Source of the DNA: Patescibacteria group bacterium
GTDB lineage: Bacteria > Patescibacteriota > WWE3 > UBA101185 > UBA10185
Reading direction: 5' to 3'
NCBI GenBank assembly: GCA_032117075.1
Contig: JAUMAA010000008.1
Span: 1 to 54,888, forward strand
DNA: 54,888 nucleotides
The position numbers were made by a program, and so were the translations under genes. The notes under the pieces were generated by a model. The model made no database searches. It was not told the DNA's origin and worked only from the letters and a program-made list of their open reading frames with translations. Below, in pieces: positions 10,169 to 20,656 of this stretch. How positions within the stretch are numbered: position 1 is the first letter of the stretch; each line of letters opens with the position of its first letter.

Positions 10169-10588
10169 ATGCCAACATTTAACCAGTTGTTGAAAACAAA
10201 AAGAACAAAAAAGAAATTTAAATCAAAGACCCCAGCTCTTGCTGAGATCTTTAACTCCAGGAAAAAAATAAGTAAGGAAACAAATTCCCCTTTTAAGAGA
10301 GGTGTTTGTTTACAGGTTAAAACTTCTACCCCTAAGAAACCTAACTCTGCTTTAAGAAAAGTAGCAAGAGTAAGATTATCAAATGGTAAAGAGTTAACAG
10401 CTTACATTCCAGGTGAGGGACATAACTTACAAGAGCACTCTGTTGTAATGGTAAGAGGGGGTAAAGTAAAAGATTTACCAGGTATTAAATACACAATTGT
10501 TAGAGGTACATTCGATTTACAAGGTGTTAAGAGTAGAAAAACATCTAGATCAATTTACGGAACTAAGAAGGAAGTAGCAAAGAAATAA
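10169..10588 (+). CDS. rpsL: 30S ribosomal protein S12 (uS12)
   Basis: [36 protein letters not shown]. Confidence 0.97.
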   Translation: MPTFNQLLKTKRTKKKFKSKTPALAEIFNSRKKISKETNSPFKRGVCLQVKTSTPKKPNSALRKVARVRLSNGKELTAYIPGEGHNLQEHSVVMVRGGKVKDLPGIKYTIVRGTFDLQGVKSRKTSRSIYGTKKEVAKK

Positions 10589-10589
10589 T

Positions 10590-11054
10590 ATGAGATCAAA
10601 ACAATCAAAAAAAAGACAAGTACAGCCTGATATTGTTTTAAAATCTAAAACAATTACTAAGTTAATAAATGTAGTAATGTTACACGGTAAGAAATCAATT
10701 GCTGAAAAAATTGTATATTCTTCTTTAGATAAAATAAACGATGATAGAAAAGAATCAATTAAGGTTTTTGAACAAGCTATTAAAAATGTTATGCCAAAAC
10801 AAGAGGTAAGATCAAGAAGAATTGGTGGTGCTACTTACCAGGTTCCTTATCCAGTAAGACATGACAGAAGCGAAGCCTTAGCTCTTAAATGGATTGTTGA
10901 AGTTGCTAGAAAAAAACAAGGAAAAGCAATGGATGAATTCCTTAAAGATGAAATAATGAATGCTTATAACAATATGGGTGATGCAATTAGAAAAAGAGAT
11001 GATGTACATAAGATGGCAGAATCTAACAAAGCATTCTCCCACTTTAGATTATAA
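10590..11054 (+). CDS. rpsG: 30S ribosomal protein S7 (uS7)
   Basis: 154 aa. RRIGGATYQVP block and str-operon position. Confidence 0.95.
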   Translation: MRSKQSKKRQVQPDIVLKSKTITKLINVVMLHGKKSIAEKIVYSSLDKINDDRKESIKVFEQAIKNVMPKQEVRSRRIGGATYQVPYPVRHDRSEALALKWIVEVARKKQGKAMDEFLKDEIMNAYNNMGDAIRKRDDVHKMAESNKAFSHFRL

Positions 11055-11087
11055 TAATTAAAGTAATTAATTAACTTAAAGAAATAT

Positions 11088-13178
11088 ATGAGTGAAAATA
11101 TAAATTATCCTTTAGATAGAATTAGAAATATTGGTATTATTGCACACGTGGATGCTGGTAAAACAACCACAACTGAAAGAATTTTATTTTATACTGGAAA
11201 ATCTCACAAAATTGGAGAGGTTCACGAAGGTGCTGCACAGATGGACTGGATGGAACAGGAAAGAGAAAGAGGTATTACAATTACCTCTGCTGCTACTACC
11301 TGTTTTTGGGGAAATAGTAGAATTAATATTATCGATACTCCAGGTCACGTTGACTTTACTGCTGAGGTTGAAAGATCACTTAGAGTACTTGATGGAGGTG
11401 TTGTGTTGTTTGACGGTTCCCAAGGAGTTGAGCCTCAATCAGAAACCGTATGGAAACAGGCAGAAAAGTATGGAGTTCCTCTATTAGCTTTTGTTAACAA
11501 GTTAGATAAAGTTGGTGGGGATTTTTATTTTACTCTTGGAACTATTCACGAAAGATTAACAAAAAATGCAGTTGCAGTTCAACTTCCTTTAGGTTTTGAA
11601 GATGGTTTCGAAGGAATTATTGACCTTTTAGAAATGAAAGCTTACAAATTTGAAGGTAAGAACGGTATGAATATAATTGAAGTTGAGATTCCTTCAGATA
11701 TGGAAGAGAAAGTTAAGCAATTTAGAAACATCTTAATTGAGAAGATTGCGGAAAATGATGATGTTTTAATGGATAAATTTTTAAATGATCAAGAAATAAC
11801 AACTTCAGAATTAAAAGCATCCTTAAGAAACTTAACAATTAAAACAATTCTTTACCCAGTATTCTGTGGATCATCACTTAAAAATGTTGGTGTTCAGAAA
11901 TTATTGGATGGTGTTATTGCTTTTTTACCTTCTCCAAAGGATAAACCTTTAATTAAAGCAACTAAGGTAAGTACCGAAGAAGAGATTGAATTAATTCCTG
12001 ATGAAAAGGGAGAGTTTGCTGCCTTAGCATTTAAAATTCAAACAGATCCTTATGTTGGAAGAATTACATACTTTAGAGTTTATTCTGGAAAACTAACTTC
12101 AGGTTCATACATCTTAAATCCTAATACAGGTAAGAAAGAAAGAATTTCAAGATTACTTTTAATGCATGCTAATCATAGAGAAGAAATCAAAGAAGTAAAA
12201 GCAGGAGAGATTGCTGTAGCTGTGGGTCTTTCTGAGACATTCACAGGACACACAATGTGTAGTGAAACAAATCCAATCATGCTTGAATCTATTAGTTTTG
12301 CTGAACCAGTTATTGGTATGGTTATTGAACCTAAAACAAAGAATGATAGGGATAGACTTGGTGAATCATTAAAGAAGTATGCTGAGGAAGATCCAACCTT
12401 TAAAGTTGAGACAAACCATGAGACAGGTGAAACTGTAATTTACGGTATGGGTGAGCTGCACCTAGATATTATCGTAGATAGGTTAAGAAGAGAATTTAAA
12501 GTTGAAGTGAACACAGGTAAGCCTCAGGTAGCTTATAGAGAAACAATTAGAGGTACAGCAGACCAGGAAAACAAATATATTAGGCAGACTGGTGGTAGAG
12601 GTCAATACGGACATGTATTCATTAAGATTAGACCTTTAGAGCAAGGAGCTGGGTTAGTATTTGTAGATAAGATTGTGGGAGGATCAATTCCTAGAGAATT
12701 TATTCCTGCAGTTGAAAAGGGTTTTAAAGAAGCTTGTGAAGCCGGAATTGTAGCTGGATACCCAGTTGTAGATATTGAATGTACTCTTTACGACGGATCA
12801 TTTCACGATGTGGACTCATCTGAAATTGCCTTTAGACTTGCTTCTATTGGTGCTTTCAGGGATGCTCAAAGAAAAGCTACCCCTGTACTACTAGAACCAA
12901 TAATGAAGGTTGATGTAAATGTGCCTGAAGAATTTATGGGTGACATTATTGGAGATCTTTCTTCAAGAAGAGGAAGAATAGAGGGTACTGAACAAGTAGG
13001 AATGAGTAGAGTTGTAACTGCTAGGGTTCCACTAGCCTCAATGTTCGGATATGTAACTATAGCAAGAGGAATGACTCAGGGAAGGGCAATTCCATCGATG
13101 GAATTCTCCCACTATGAGGAAGTTCCTGGAAATATAGCTCAGGAAATAGCAGGTTCAAGGGAAAAAGGTAGAAATTAA
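11088..13178 (+). CDS. fusA: Elongation factor G
   Basis: [21 protein letters not shown]. 696 aa. Confidence 0.97.
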   Translation: MSENINYPLDRIRNIGIIAHVDAGKTTTTERILFYTGKSHKIGEVHEGAAQMDWMEQERERGITITSAATTCFWGNSRINIIDTPGHVDFTAEVERSLRVLDGGVVLFDGSQGVEPQSETVWKQAEKYGVPLLAFVNKLDKVGGDFYFTLGTIHERLTKNAVAVQLPLGFEDGFEGIIDLLEMKAYKFEGKNGMNIIEVEIPSDMEEKVKQFRNILIEKIAENDDVLMDKFLNDQEITTSELKASLRNLTIKTILYPVFCGSSLKNVGVQKLLDGVIAFLPSPKDKPLIKATKVSTEEEIELIPDEKGEFAALAFKIQTDPYVGRITYFRVYSGKLTSGSYILNPNTGKKERISRLLLMHANHREEIKEVKAGEIAVAVGLSETFTGHTMCSETNPIMLESISFAEPVIGMVIEPKTKNDRDRLGESLKKYAEEDPTFKVETNHETGETVIYGMGELHLDIIVDRLRREFKVEVNTGKPQVAYRETIRGTADQENKYIRQTGGRGQYGHVFIKIRPLEQGAGLVFVDKIVGGSIPREFIPAVEKGFKEACEAGIVAGYPVVDIECTLYDGSFHDVDSSEIAFRLASIGAFRDAQRKATPVLLEPIMKVDVNVPEEFMGDIIGDLSSRRGRIEGTEQVGMSRVVTARVPLASMFGYVTIARGMTQGRAIPSMEFSHYEEVPGNIAQEIAGSREKGRN

Positions 13179-13209
13179 TAAAAAAACTATCTTTAAAATC
13201 TGTAAAATT

Positions 13210-13218
13210 TGTTATAAT
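13210..13218 (+). promoter_or_regulatory. Candidate extended -10 promoter (TGtTATAAT) for tuf
   Basis: TG at 13210-13211 and TATAAT at 13213-13218, in the 94-nt fusA-tuf gap. A second TGTAAAAT lies at 13201-13208. Confidence 0.4.
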
Positions 13219-13272
13219 AACAAAGTTTAATAAGTATTAATTTGGAGTATTACTCCACAAAGAAAGGTTTAT

Positions 13273-14451
13273 ATGGCAGAGTTTAATAGAACAAAACCAC
13301 ACGTAAACATTGGTACAATCGGTCACGTTGACCACGGTAAAACAACATTAACAGCAGCAATCACTACAGTGCTTGCTAAGAGAGGTCAAGCAGAAGCTAG
13401 AGCTTATGATCAAATTGACAACTCACCTGAAGAAAAGGCAAGAGGAATTACTATTAGTATTACTCACGTTGAGTATGAAACAGCAAAGAGACACTACGCT
13501 CACGTAGATTGTCCAGGACACAAGGACTATATTAAAAACATGATTACTGGTGCTGCACAAATGGATGGAGCAATTTTAGTTGTTGCTGCAACAGATGGAG
13601 CAATGCCTCAAACAAAAGAACACATTCTTCTTGCTAGACAAGTAAATGTTCCTTCAATTGTAGTATTTATGAACAAATGCGATATGGTTGCAGATGCAGA
13701 ATTATTAGATTTAGTTGAAATGGAAATCAGAGATTTATTATCAAAATATGGTTTCCCAGGAGACACAACACCTATTATTAGAGGCTCAGCTTTGAAAGCT
13801 CTTGAAGGTGATACTAAGTACGAAGATGCAATTATCGAATTAATGGATGCTGTTGATTCATTCATCCCAGATCCGGTAAGAGAATTAGATAAGCCTTTCT
13901 TGATGCCAGTTGAGGACGTATTCTCAATTGCAGGAAGAGGTACAGTTGTTACAGGAAGAATTGAAAGAGGAAAAATTACAGTAGGTGAAGAGATTGAAAT
14001 CTCAGGAATTAGAGATACACAAAAAACAATTGTTACCGGAGTTGAAATGTTTAAGAAACAATTAAAAGAAGGTATGGCTGGAGATAATGTTGGTTTACTT
14101 CTAAGAGGTACCAAAAGAGAAGACATCGAAAGAGGTCAAGTACTATGTAAGCCTGCATCAATTAAAACAGCAAGTTCTTTTGATGCTGAAGTTTATATCT
14201 TATCTAAAGAAGAAGGTGGAAGACACAAACAATTCTTTACTGGATACAAGCCACAGTTTTATCTAAGAACAACTGACGTTACAGGTGAAATTACATTACC
14301 AACAGGAATCGACATGGTAATGCCAGGTGATAATGTTAAATTTACTGTTAAATTAATCACCCCTGTAGCTTTAGAAGAAGGTTTAAGATTTGCTATTAGA
14401 GAAGGAGGCCAGACTGTTGGAGCTGGTGTAGTAACTAAAGTTATTGCTTAA
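13273..14451 (+). CDS. tuf: Elongation factor Tu
   Basis: [18 protein letters not shown]. 392 aa. Confidence 0.98.
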   Translation: MAEFNRTKPHVNIGTIGHVDHGKTTLTAAITTVLAKRGQAEARAYDQIDNSPEEKARGITISITHVEYETAKRHYAHVDCPGHKDYIKNMITGAAQMDGAILVVAATDGAMPQTKEHILLARQVNVPSIVVFMNKCDMVADAELLDLVEMEIRDLLSKYGFPGDTTPIIRGSALKALEGDTKYEDAIIELMDAVDSFIPDPVRELDKPFLMPVEDVFSIAGRGTVVTGRIERGKITVGEEIEISGIRDTQKTIVTGVEMFKKQLKEGMAGDNVGLLLRGTKREDIERGQVLCKPASIKTASSFDAEVYILSKEEGGRHKQFFTGYKPQFYLRTTDVTGEITLPTGIDMVMPGDNVKFTVKLITPVALEEGLRFAIREGGQTVGAGVVTKVIA

Positions 14452-14461
14452 GGAATCGTAG

Positions 14462-14491
14462 ATGGGGAGTTTTGATATCAAAACTCCCCAT
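14462..14491 (+). promoter_or_regulatory. Perfect 30-nt palindrome/hairpin between tuf and rpsJ (no U-tract)
   Basis: ATGGGGAGTTTTGATATCAAAACTCCCCAT. Starts 10 nt after the tuf stop and ends 8 nt before the rpsJ ATG. Followed by ATAAAAAT rather than a T-run. Confidence 0.6.
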
Positions 14492-14499
14492 ATAAAAAT

Positions 14500-14811
14500 A
14501 TGAAAAAAGAATCAAGAGTAAGAATTAAATTAAAATCCTATGACAGCAGAATTATTGATATTTCAGCAGAGAAAATCATTGATACAGCAGTTAGAACCGG
14601 AGCCAAGGTTGTTGGTCCCGTTCCTCTACCTACTAAAATTGAAAGATTTACTGTTGTTAGAGGCCCTTTTATCGATAAAAGATCAAGGGAGCAGTTTGAA
14701 TTGAGAACTCATAAAAGAGTTATAGATATCCTAAATCCTACCCCATCAACAATAGAGAATCTATCTCATTTGTCCTTACCCGCTGGTGTTGGTATTTCAA
14801 TTAAGATGTAA
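14500..14811 (+). CDS. rpsJ: 30S ribosomal protein S10 (uS10)
   Basis: 103 aa. [32 protein letters not shown]. Confidence 0.96.
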   Translation: MKKESRVRIKLKSYDSRIIDISAEKIIDTAVRTGAKVVGPVPLPTKIERFTVVRGPFIDKRSREQFELRTHKRVIDILNPTPSTIENLSHLSLPAGVGISIKM

Positions 14812-14817
14812 ATCTAT

Positions 14818-14845
14818 TTGAAATATTGATATTATTTGGTAAAAT
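14818..14845 (+). promoter_or_regulatory. Candidate internal promoter between rpsJ and rplC
   Basis: TTGAAA (14818-14823), 16-nt spacer, TGgTAAAAT (14837-14845). Lies in an unusually long 77-nt gap. Confidence 0.45.
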
Positions 14846-14888
14846 TGCACGAAATGCTTTATTAAATAGGGCATGAAAGAAATATATT

Positions 14889-15323
14889 ATGTTAAAAATT
14901 GAAGCTTTAAAATTAAATATGTCACAGGTATTTTTAGACAGTGGAAAAGTTGTTCCTGTAACTATCTTAAAATCTGAGTCAGATCTTACTCCTGAATTGT
15001 TAAATCAAACAATTAAAATAATCGGTACATCAAAAGGTAAAGGTTTTACTGGTGTAATGAAAAAATGGAATTTTTCCGGTCAGCAGGCGACCAGAGGTCA
15101 GTCTGATAGACCAAGGGCTGCTGGTGCTATCGGAGGTCAGACCCCAGGAAGAGTTTTTCTAGGTAAAAAAATGGCTGGAAGACATGGAAATAAACAAATT
15201 ACTTTAAAGAATATAGAAGTTTTGAATGTAGATATTGATAACAAATTAATTACAGTTTCTGGTCCAATACCAGGTGCTAGAAATTCTAAAGTTGAACTAC
15301 ATTTCGAAGGATTAAATGCTTAA
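14889..15323 (+). CDS. rplC: 50S ribosomal protein L3 (uL3), unusually short at 144 aa
   Basis: N-terminus KLNMSQVF..GKVVPVTIL, then directly GTSKGKGFTGVMKKWNF and AGRHGN. An in-frame TGA at 14874-14876 excludes a longer N-terminus. Confidence 0.9.
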   Translation: MLKIEALKLNMSQVFLDSGKVVPVTILKSESDLTPELLNQTIKIIGTSKGKGFTGVMKKWNFSGQQATRGQSDRPRAAGAIGGQTPGRVFLGKKMAGRHGNKQITLKNIEVLNVDIDNKLITVSGPIPGARNSKVELHFEGLNA

Positions 15324-15963
15324 TATGAAAAATATGATTTTAGATATACTTAAAAATGATGGTTCTAAATTAGAACAATTAAATGTTTCAGAATTTATTT
15401 TTGGAAGAGAGTTAAACTCTGATTTAATTGCTCAATATGTAAGAGTTTACTTGACTAATCAAAGAACTGGAAATGCCCATACTAAAACTAGAGGTGAAGT
15501 TTCTGGTGCTGGTAAAAAGCCTTGGAAACAAAAAGGTACTGGTAGGGCTAGAGTTGGTTCTATTAGATCCCCACTTTGGGTAAAAGGTGGAATTACTCAT
15601 GGACCAAGATCTAAGACTTTTAGATTAGAATTACCTAAAAGAATGAGAGTTGGGGCTTTACTAAATGTTTTATCTGCAAGATTTAATTCAGATAATATAA
15701 AAGTTATTGAAAATTTTGATCTATCCTCTGCCAAAACAAAGGGTTTTGAATCACTCTTGGGTAATATGAACTTAACTGGTACTAAAACTTTAGTTGTTAT
15801 TGATGGAAAGAATGAAAATATTATTAAATCTGCTAGAAATTTAGATAGAGTATCTGTTAAAATGCTATCTAATCTTAATGCATATGATATTTTAAATCAT
15901 ACAAATATTTTATTCGACAAAAATTCTATTAATGCATTAGAAAGTAAATATGAGAATAAGTAA
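15316..15963 (+). CDS. rplD: 50S ribosomal protein L4 (uL4)
   Basis: KPWKQKGTGRARVGSIRSP loop. Alternative in-frame ATG starts at 15325 and 15334. Confidence 0.95.
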   Translation: MLNMKNMILDILKNDGSKLEQLNVSEFIFGRELNSDLIAQYVRVYLTNQRTGNAHTKTRGEVSGAGKKPWKQKGTGRARVGSIRSPLWVKGGITHGPRSKTFRLELPKRMRVGALLNVLSARFNSDNIKVIENFDLSSAKTKGFESLLGNMNLTGTKTLVVIDGKNENIIKSARNLDRVSVKMLSNLNAYDILNHTNILFDKNSINALESKYENK

Positions 15964-16261
15964 TGAAATTAAAAAATTAATACTAACCGAAAAATCTGCT
16001 AATTTAAGAGGTTCAAATATTTACACCTTTAAGGTTGATGAATCCTTAAACAAAAATTCTATTGCCTTAATAATTGAAAATTTATTTGGTGTGAATGTTC
16101 TTAAAGTAAGGACTGCTATTCTACCAAGTAAGAGAAAAAGAATTGTTTCTAAGAATCCAAAAAGATTTCCTCAAGAAATTAGAGTTGGAAGATTTAAAAA
16201 AGCTTATGTTGAAATTAAAGAAGGTCAAACTATAGATCTTAAAGTTGAGGAGAATAACTAA
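15950..16261 (+). CDS. rplW: 50S ribosomal protein L23 (uL23)
   Basis: 103 aa. ILTEKS motif and position between rplD and rplB. Confidence 0.9.
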   Translation: MRISNEIKKLILTEKSANLRGSNIYTFKVDESLNKNSIALIIENLFGVNVLKVRTAILPSKRKRIVSKNPKRFPQEIRVGRFKKAYVEIKEGQTIDLKVEENN

Positions 16262-16263
16262 TT

Positions 16264-17085
16264 ATGTTAAAAAGCTATAAACCAAAAACTTCAGGTACAA
16301 GGCATAGAAAATCAGTAGTTTCTGATGTTTCTAAGAAGAGACCTGAAAAATCATTACTAAAACCTCTTAATGGTCCATCTGGTAGGTCCAACGGAAGAAT
16401 TTCTGTTAGACACAAATCCAGAGGTGCAAAGAAGTTTTATAGAATCATTGATTTTAAAAGAAACAAATTTGATATCCCAGGAAAAGTATCTGCTATAGAA
16501 TACGATCCTAACAGAGGTGCTCTAATTGCTTTAATTATCTATAATGACGGTGAAAAAAGATATATCTTAGCTCCTGAAAAATTAACTGTTGGTTCAATAG
16601 TTGTTTCTGGTGAAAATATTGAATTCACTCCTGGAAATTCTACAAGAATTGCTAATATTCCTGTTGGAACCATGATTCACAATGTTGAATTAAATCCTAA
16701 TCAAGGTGGTTCTATGGTTAGAGGTGCTGGAAACTTCGCTATTTTGATGGCTAAAGAAGGAAATTTTGCTCAAATTAAACTTCCTTCTGGTGAGTATAAG
16801 AAAGTTTCAATTGAATGTATGGCTACCGTAGGAGTTGTTTCAAACGGTGAGTTAAGAAATAGAGTATTAGGAAAAGCAGGAATTAATAGACACAGAGGTG
16901 TAAGACCAAGTGTAAGAGGTGTTGCTATGGCTAACCCTTCAGATCACCCACATGCCGGTTCTTATAAGGATAATGGTATTGGAATGCCATCTCCTAAATC
17001 TCCATGGGGTTGGAAAACTAGAGGTGTTAAGACTAGAACAAGAAGACATACTAATAAGTTTATTGTGAAAGATAGGAGAAAATAA
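16264..17085 (+). CDS. rplB: 50S ribosomal protein L2 (uL2)
   Basis: [32 protein letters not shown]. Confidence 0.97.
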   Translation: MLKSYKPKTSGTRHRKSVVSDVSKKRPEKSLLKPLNGPSGRSNGRISVRHKSRGAKKFYRIIDFKRNKFDIPGKVSAIEYDPNRGALIALIIYNDGEKRYILAPEKLTVGSIVVSGENIEFTPGNSTRIANIPVGTMIHNVELNPNQGGSMVRGAGNFAILMAKEGNFAQIKLPSGEYKKVSIECMATVGVVSNGELRNRVLGKAGINRHRGVRPSVRGVAMANPSDHPHAGSYKDNGIGMPSPKSPWGWKTRGVKTRTRRHTNKFIVKDRRK

Positions 17086-17086
17086 A

Positions 17087-17353
17087 ATGGCTAGATCATT
17101 AAAAAAAGGACCTTTTACAGATGAAAAGTTAATGAACAAGGTTTTAAAACTAAGAGAAGAAGGCGGTAAATTACAAATTAAGACCTGGTCTAGAAGATCC
17201 ACTATTACCCCTGAAATGATTGGATTTACATTTGAGGTTCATAATGGTAAATTGTTCATACCTGTTTTTGTTACAGAATCAATGGTAGGTCATAAATTGG
17301 GTGAGTTTTCTCTTACTAGAAAATTTGTAAAGCACTCAACTAAGAAAGATTAA
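17087..17353 (+). CDS. rpsS: 30S ribosomal protein S19 (uS19)
   Basis: [18 protein letters not shown]. Confidence 0.96.
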   Translation: MARSLKKGPFTDEKLMNKVLKLREEGGKLQIKTWSRRSTITPEMIGFTFEVHNGKLFIPVFVTESMVGHKLGEFSLTRKFVKHSTKKD

Positions 17354-17358
17354 AGTAT

Positions 17359-17706
17359 ATGAAGAATAGTATTGTTTACTCAAAATTAAAAGACTCCCTA
17401 ACATCCGCTAAGAAGATTAGAATTGTTATAGATTTAATTAAAGATAAGGATGTATCCTTAGCTGAAAGAATCCTAGAATTCCATCCTTCAAAGGGTGCTA
17501 GAATTTTGTCAAAAGTTTTGAAATCAGCAATTGCAAATGCAGAAAATAATTTAAAGATTTCGAGAGAAACATTATACATCTCTGAGATTTTTGCTAATGA
17601 AGCAAGTATGTTAAAAAGAGGAAAACCAGGTTCAAGAGGTAACACTTATCCAATTTTGAAGAGAAGAAGTCATGTAGTTATTGGTTTATCCGAAAGGTCT
17701 AAATAA
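17359..17706 (+). CDS. rplV: 50S ribosomal protein L22 (uL22)
   Basis: 115 aa. Hairpin KRGKPGSRGNTYPILKRRSHV and operon position. Confidence 0.93.
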   Translation: MKNSIVYSKLKDSLTSAKKIRIVIDLIKDKDVSLAERILEFHPSKGARILSKVLKSAIANAENNLKISRETLYISEIFANEASMLKRGKPGSRGNTYPILKRRSHVVIGLSERSK

Positions 17707-18338
17707 TGGGACAAAAAATTAACCCAACTGGTTTTAGGATTGGTATTTCTAAAGATTGGAATTCTAAGTGGTTTGCTGACAAAAAAGAATATGCAAAATA
17801 TGCAGTAGAAGATCACAGAATTAGAACTTTTTTAGAGAAGAAATTTGAACCAGCAGGTCTTAAAGAAGTTATTTTAGAAAGATCTGGAAATATACTTAAC
17901 ATTATTATAAGAGTGTCAAACCCAGGAGTAGTAATTGGAAAAGCTGGAGCAGGTGTTGAAAGTGCTGAAAAAGAAATTAAAAAATTAACTAAATCAACTG
18001 TTAAAATTACTGCTGAAGAGGTTAAAAATCCAGAGATTCATGCTAGAATAGTCGCTAATAACTTAGTAAGACAGCTTAAAAAAAGAGTTAAGCCTGCAAG
18101 AGCATCTCAATTAGCTATGAATGCTGCAATGGAAAAGGGAGCAAAAGGAATTAGAATTAGATTTTCAGGTTTATTAGGCGGGGGATCAAGTATTGCTAGA
18201 ACTGAGTCGTATAAACTTGGTTCAATTCCAGCTCAGAAATTAAGAGCTGACATTGATTATGCTCAAGTTGATGCTCACATGTTATTTGGAGCTATTGGAA
18301 TTAAAGTATGGATTTATAAGGGTGACTTGGAGATTTAA
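17706..18338 (+). CDS. rpsC: 30S ribosomal protein S3 (uS3)
   Basis: MGQKINPTGFRIG and KH-type GVVIGKAGAG. Confidence 0.96.
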   Translation: MGQKINPTGFRIGISKDWNSKWFADKKEYAKYAVEDHRIRTFLEKKFEPAGLKEVILERSGNILNIIIRVSNPGVVIGKAGAGVESAEKEIKKLTKSTVKITAEEVKNPEIHARIVANNLVRQLKKRVKPARASQLAMNAAMEKGAKGIRIRFSGLLGGGSSIARTESYKLGSIPAQKLRADIDYAQVDAHMLFGAIGIKVWIYKGDLEI

Positions 18339-18341
18339 TTT

Positions 18342-18752
18342 ATGTTGATGCCAAAGAAAGTAAAATTTAGAAAACACCAAAGAGGAAATAATAAGGGACT
18401 TGCTGTAAGAGGTTCAGATATTTCTTTTGGAGAATTTGCTTTGAAAAGTGTTGCAAGAGGTTTAATTACTTCAAGACAAATTGAAGCTGCTAGAAAAGCA
18501 ATTTCAAATAAAACTAAAAGAGGTGGTAAAGTTTGGGTAAGAATATTCCCTGACAAACCTATTCATAAGAAACCAGCAGAAACAAGAATGGGATCAGGTA
18601 AATCTCCTGTGGATCATTTTTCCGCAGTTATTAAACCTGGTAAGATACTTTTTGAAATTGGCGGAGTAGATGAAGCTACAGCAAGAGATGCATTTAGAAG
18701 AGCTGATGCAAAATTACCTTTAAAGACCAAATTTGTGAAAGATGAGTTATAA
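18342..18752 (+). CDS. rplP: 50S ribosomal protein L16 (uL16)
   Basis: [22 protein letters not shown]. Confidence 0.96.
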   Translation: MLMPKKVKFRKHQRGNNKGLAVRGSDISFGEFALKSVARGLITSRQIEAARKAISNKTKRGGKVWVRIFPDKPIHKKPAETRMGSGKSPVDHFSAVIKPGKILFEIGGVDEATARDAFRRADAKLPLKTKFVKDEL

Positions 18753-18972
18753 TATGATGTCTAAAGATTTAAGAAACCTTAATATATCTGATTTAAAAAA
18801 AATGATCTCCGATAAGAAAAAAGAGATTATTGAGACTTCTAAAAATGTTGTTAAGGGATCTGAGAAGAATGTTAAAAAAGTTGGTTTAATGAAGAAAGAG
18901 TTGGCTAGAATGTTAACTGTTTCAAACGAATTTAAAATAATTAAGGAAGCTGAGGATTTTAAAAATGAGTAA
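18742..18972 (+). CDS. rpmC: 50S ribosomal protein L29 (uL29)
   Basis: 76 aa, helical and Lys-rich. [11 protein letters not shown] start and operon position. Confidence 0.85.
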   Translation: MSYNMMSKDLRNLNISDLKKMISDKKKEIIETSKNVVKGSEKNVKKVGLMKKELARMLTVSNEFKIIKEAEDFKNE

Positions 18973-19201
18973 AAAAAGATTAACAGGAACTGTTGTTTCT
19001 ACAAAAATGAATAAGACTGTTTCGGTTGCTATAGAGTATGTAAAATCACACCCTCTTTATAGTAAAAAAATGAAGCAAACAAAGAAATTTCTAGCACATA
19101 ACGAGAAAGAAGTTTCTGAAGGAGATACAGTTGTTATTACTGAATCTAGACCTTACTCAAAAAATGTTAAGTTTGAAGTTACAGAGGTAATAAAAGGATA
19201 A
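18965..19201 (+). CDS. rpsQ: 30S ribosomal protein S17 (uS17)
   Basis: [18 protein letters not shown] and operon position. Confidence 0.93.
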   Translation: MSKKRLTGTVVSTKMNKTVSVAIEYVKSHPLYSKKMKQTKKFLAHNEKEVSEGDTVVITESRPYSKNVKFEVTEVIKG

Positions 19202-19205
19202 TTAT

Positions 19206-19574
19206 ATGTTACAGGTAGGAACAGTTTTAAAAGTTGCAGATAACTCAGGTGCAAAAAAACTAAAGTTAATCGGTATACCGGGTAACTCTAGAAGAAGATT
19301 TGCATCAATAGGTGATGTTATTACAGTAGCAATTAGCGGTGCTGATTCAGGCTCATCTGTAAAAGATCACTCTGTGGTAAAAGCTGTGATTGTTAGAACT
19401 AGAAAAGAAATTAGAAGAAAAGACGGCTCACATATTAGATTTGATGATAATGCAGCTGTTTTAGTTGCTAAGGATAAGAATATGATTGGATCAAGAGTTT
19501 TTGGACCTGTTGCAAGAGAATTAAGAGATAATGGATTTTTAAAGATTGTATCTTTAGCTAAGGAGGTTTGGTAA
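19206..19574 (+). CDS. rplN: 50S ribosomal protein L14 (uL14)
   Basis: [17 protein letters not shown]. Confidence 0.96.
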   Translation: MLQVGTVLKVADNSGAKKLKLIGIPGNSRRRFASIGDVITVAISGADSGSSVKDHSVVKAVIVRTRKEIRRKDGSHIRFDDNAAVLVAKDKNMIGSRVFGPVARELRDNGFLKIVSLAKEVW

Positions 19575-19580
19575 CAAACT

Positions 19581-19892
19581 ATGAAAATTAAATTAAAAGA
19601 TAAAGTAAAAGTAATATCCGGAAAAGATAAAGGTAAGGTAGGTGAAGTTCTTAGAGTTTTACCTGTTGAAAGAAAGATTGTTGTTCAAGGGGTAAACATT
19701 GTCAAAAGACATGTTAAACCAGGTGTTATTAATAAAGAAGGTGGAATTGTTACTTTTGAAAAACCAATTGATGTTTCTAATGCTATGTTTTTTGATGAAA
19801 AGGAAAATAAAACATCAAGAATTGGTTACTCAATAGTTGATGGGAAGAAATTTAGAATAATTAAAAAGTCAAAGGAAGTTTTGAATAAATAA
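19581..19892 (+). CDS. rplX: 50S ribosomal protein L24 (uL24)
   Basis: KOW motif KVKVISGKDKGKVGEV. AGGAGG lies upstream. Confidence 0.94.
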   Translation: MKIKLKDKVKVISGKDKGKVGEVLRVLPVERKIVVQGVNIVKRHVKPGVINKEGGIVTFEKPIDVSNAMFFDEKENKTSRIGYSIVDGKKFRIIKKSKEVLNK

Positions 19893-19897
19893 TATAT

Positions 19898-20437
19898 ATG
19901 AACGAGTTAAAACAATTATATACAACTGAAATTAAAGGAAACTTAGTAAAAGAACTTTCATTAGAGAATGTGATGCAAATCCCAGTACTTGAGAAAATTG
20001 TTATTAATTCAGGTATTGGTAAGTTTAGAGATAATAAGGATGTAGTTGATTCTTTTTTTCAAGAAATTACATCAATTTCTGGACAAAAGCCAACCTTTAG
20101 AAAATCAAGAGTGAGTGAAGCTGGTTTTAAAGTTAGAAAAAATGACACAGTAGGTATTACAGTAACTCTTAGAGGTGAAAGAATGTGGGGTTTCTTACAG
20201 AAATTAATAAATATCTCGTTACCAAGAGTTAGAGACTTTAAGGGAGTAAGTAATTCATCTTTCGATAAGTCAGGTAATTATTCAATTGGTGTTAAAGAAC
20301 ATATCATTTTCCCTGAGGTTGACGCAAATAAAACAAAGGGAATTAGATCTATGCAGATTACCTTGGTATTTAAAAATTCAAATAAGGAGAAAAGTCAAAA
20401 GTTCTTAACTTTACTTGGAATGCCTTTTTCTAAGTAA
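19898..20437 (+). CDS. rplE: 50S ribosomal protein L5 (uL5)
   Basis: 179 aa. GITVTLRGERMW and operon position. Confidence 0.95.
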   Translation: MNELKQLYTTEIKGNLVKELSLENVMQIPVLEKIVINSGIGKFRDNKDVVDSFFQEITSISGQKPTFRKSRVSEAGFKVRKNDTVGITVTLRGERMWGFLQKLINISLPRVRDFKGVSNSSFDKSGNYSIGVKEHIIFPEVDANKTKGIRSMQITLVFKNSNKEKSQKFLTLLGMPFSK

Positions 20438-20466
20438 TTTTATGGTAAAATAACGAAACAATTAAT

Positions 20467-20652
20467 ATGGCTAAAAAAGGAAAACTAGAAAGAGCTAAAA
20501 AAGCATTAAAATTCGCAATTAGAGAGAGAAAAAGATGTAATATTTGCGGTAATCCAAGAGGATACATTGGCAGATTTGGAATTTGTAGAAAATGTTTTAG
20601 AGAATTAGCTCATAAAGGTGAACTTCCTGGAGTAATGAAAGCAAGTTGGTAA
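20467..20652 (+). CDS. rpsN: 30S ribosomal protein S14, zinc-binding short type (uS14)
   Basis: 61 aa. CNIC..CRKC zinc ribbon, C-terminal KASW. Confidence 0.95.
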   Translation: MAKKGKLERAKKALKFAIRERKRCNICGNPRGYIGRFGICRKCFRELAHKGELPGVMKASW

Positions 20653-20656
20653 ATAT

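Noticed and set aside
10169-10588. Apparent 13-aa insertion in S12 ([20 protein letters not shown]) relative to E. coli
   Set aside because: The same longer segment is present in Gram-positive-type S12 (for example Bacillus, from memory), so it is a lineage type rather than a novelty.
11131-11487. 118-aa alternative-frame plus-strand ORF inside fusA
   Set aside because: It lies in the +1 frame of the conserved GTPase domain of EF-G. It has no independent signals and the product looks random.
13243-13257. 15-nt palindrome TGGAGTATTACTCCA in the tuf 5' UTR
   Set aside because: It is short and its loop is effectively too small for a full stem. It could arise by chance, so I do not report it as a regulatory element.
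13608-14126. 172-aa minus-strand ORF entirely inside tuf
   Set aside because: It is a shadow ORF antisense to a highly conserved, strongly codon-biased gene. The product is low-complexity (Ser/Ile/Pro/Thr rich) with no start context. EF-Tu fully explains the region.
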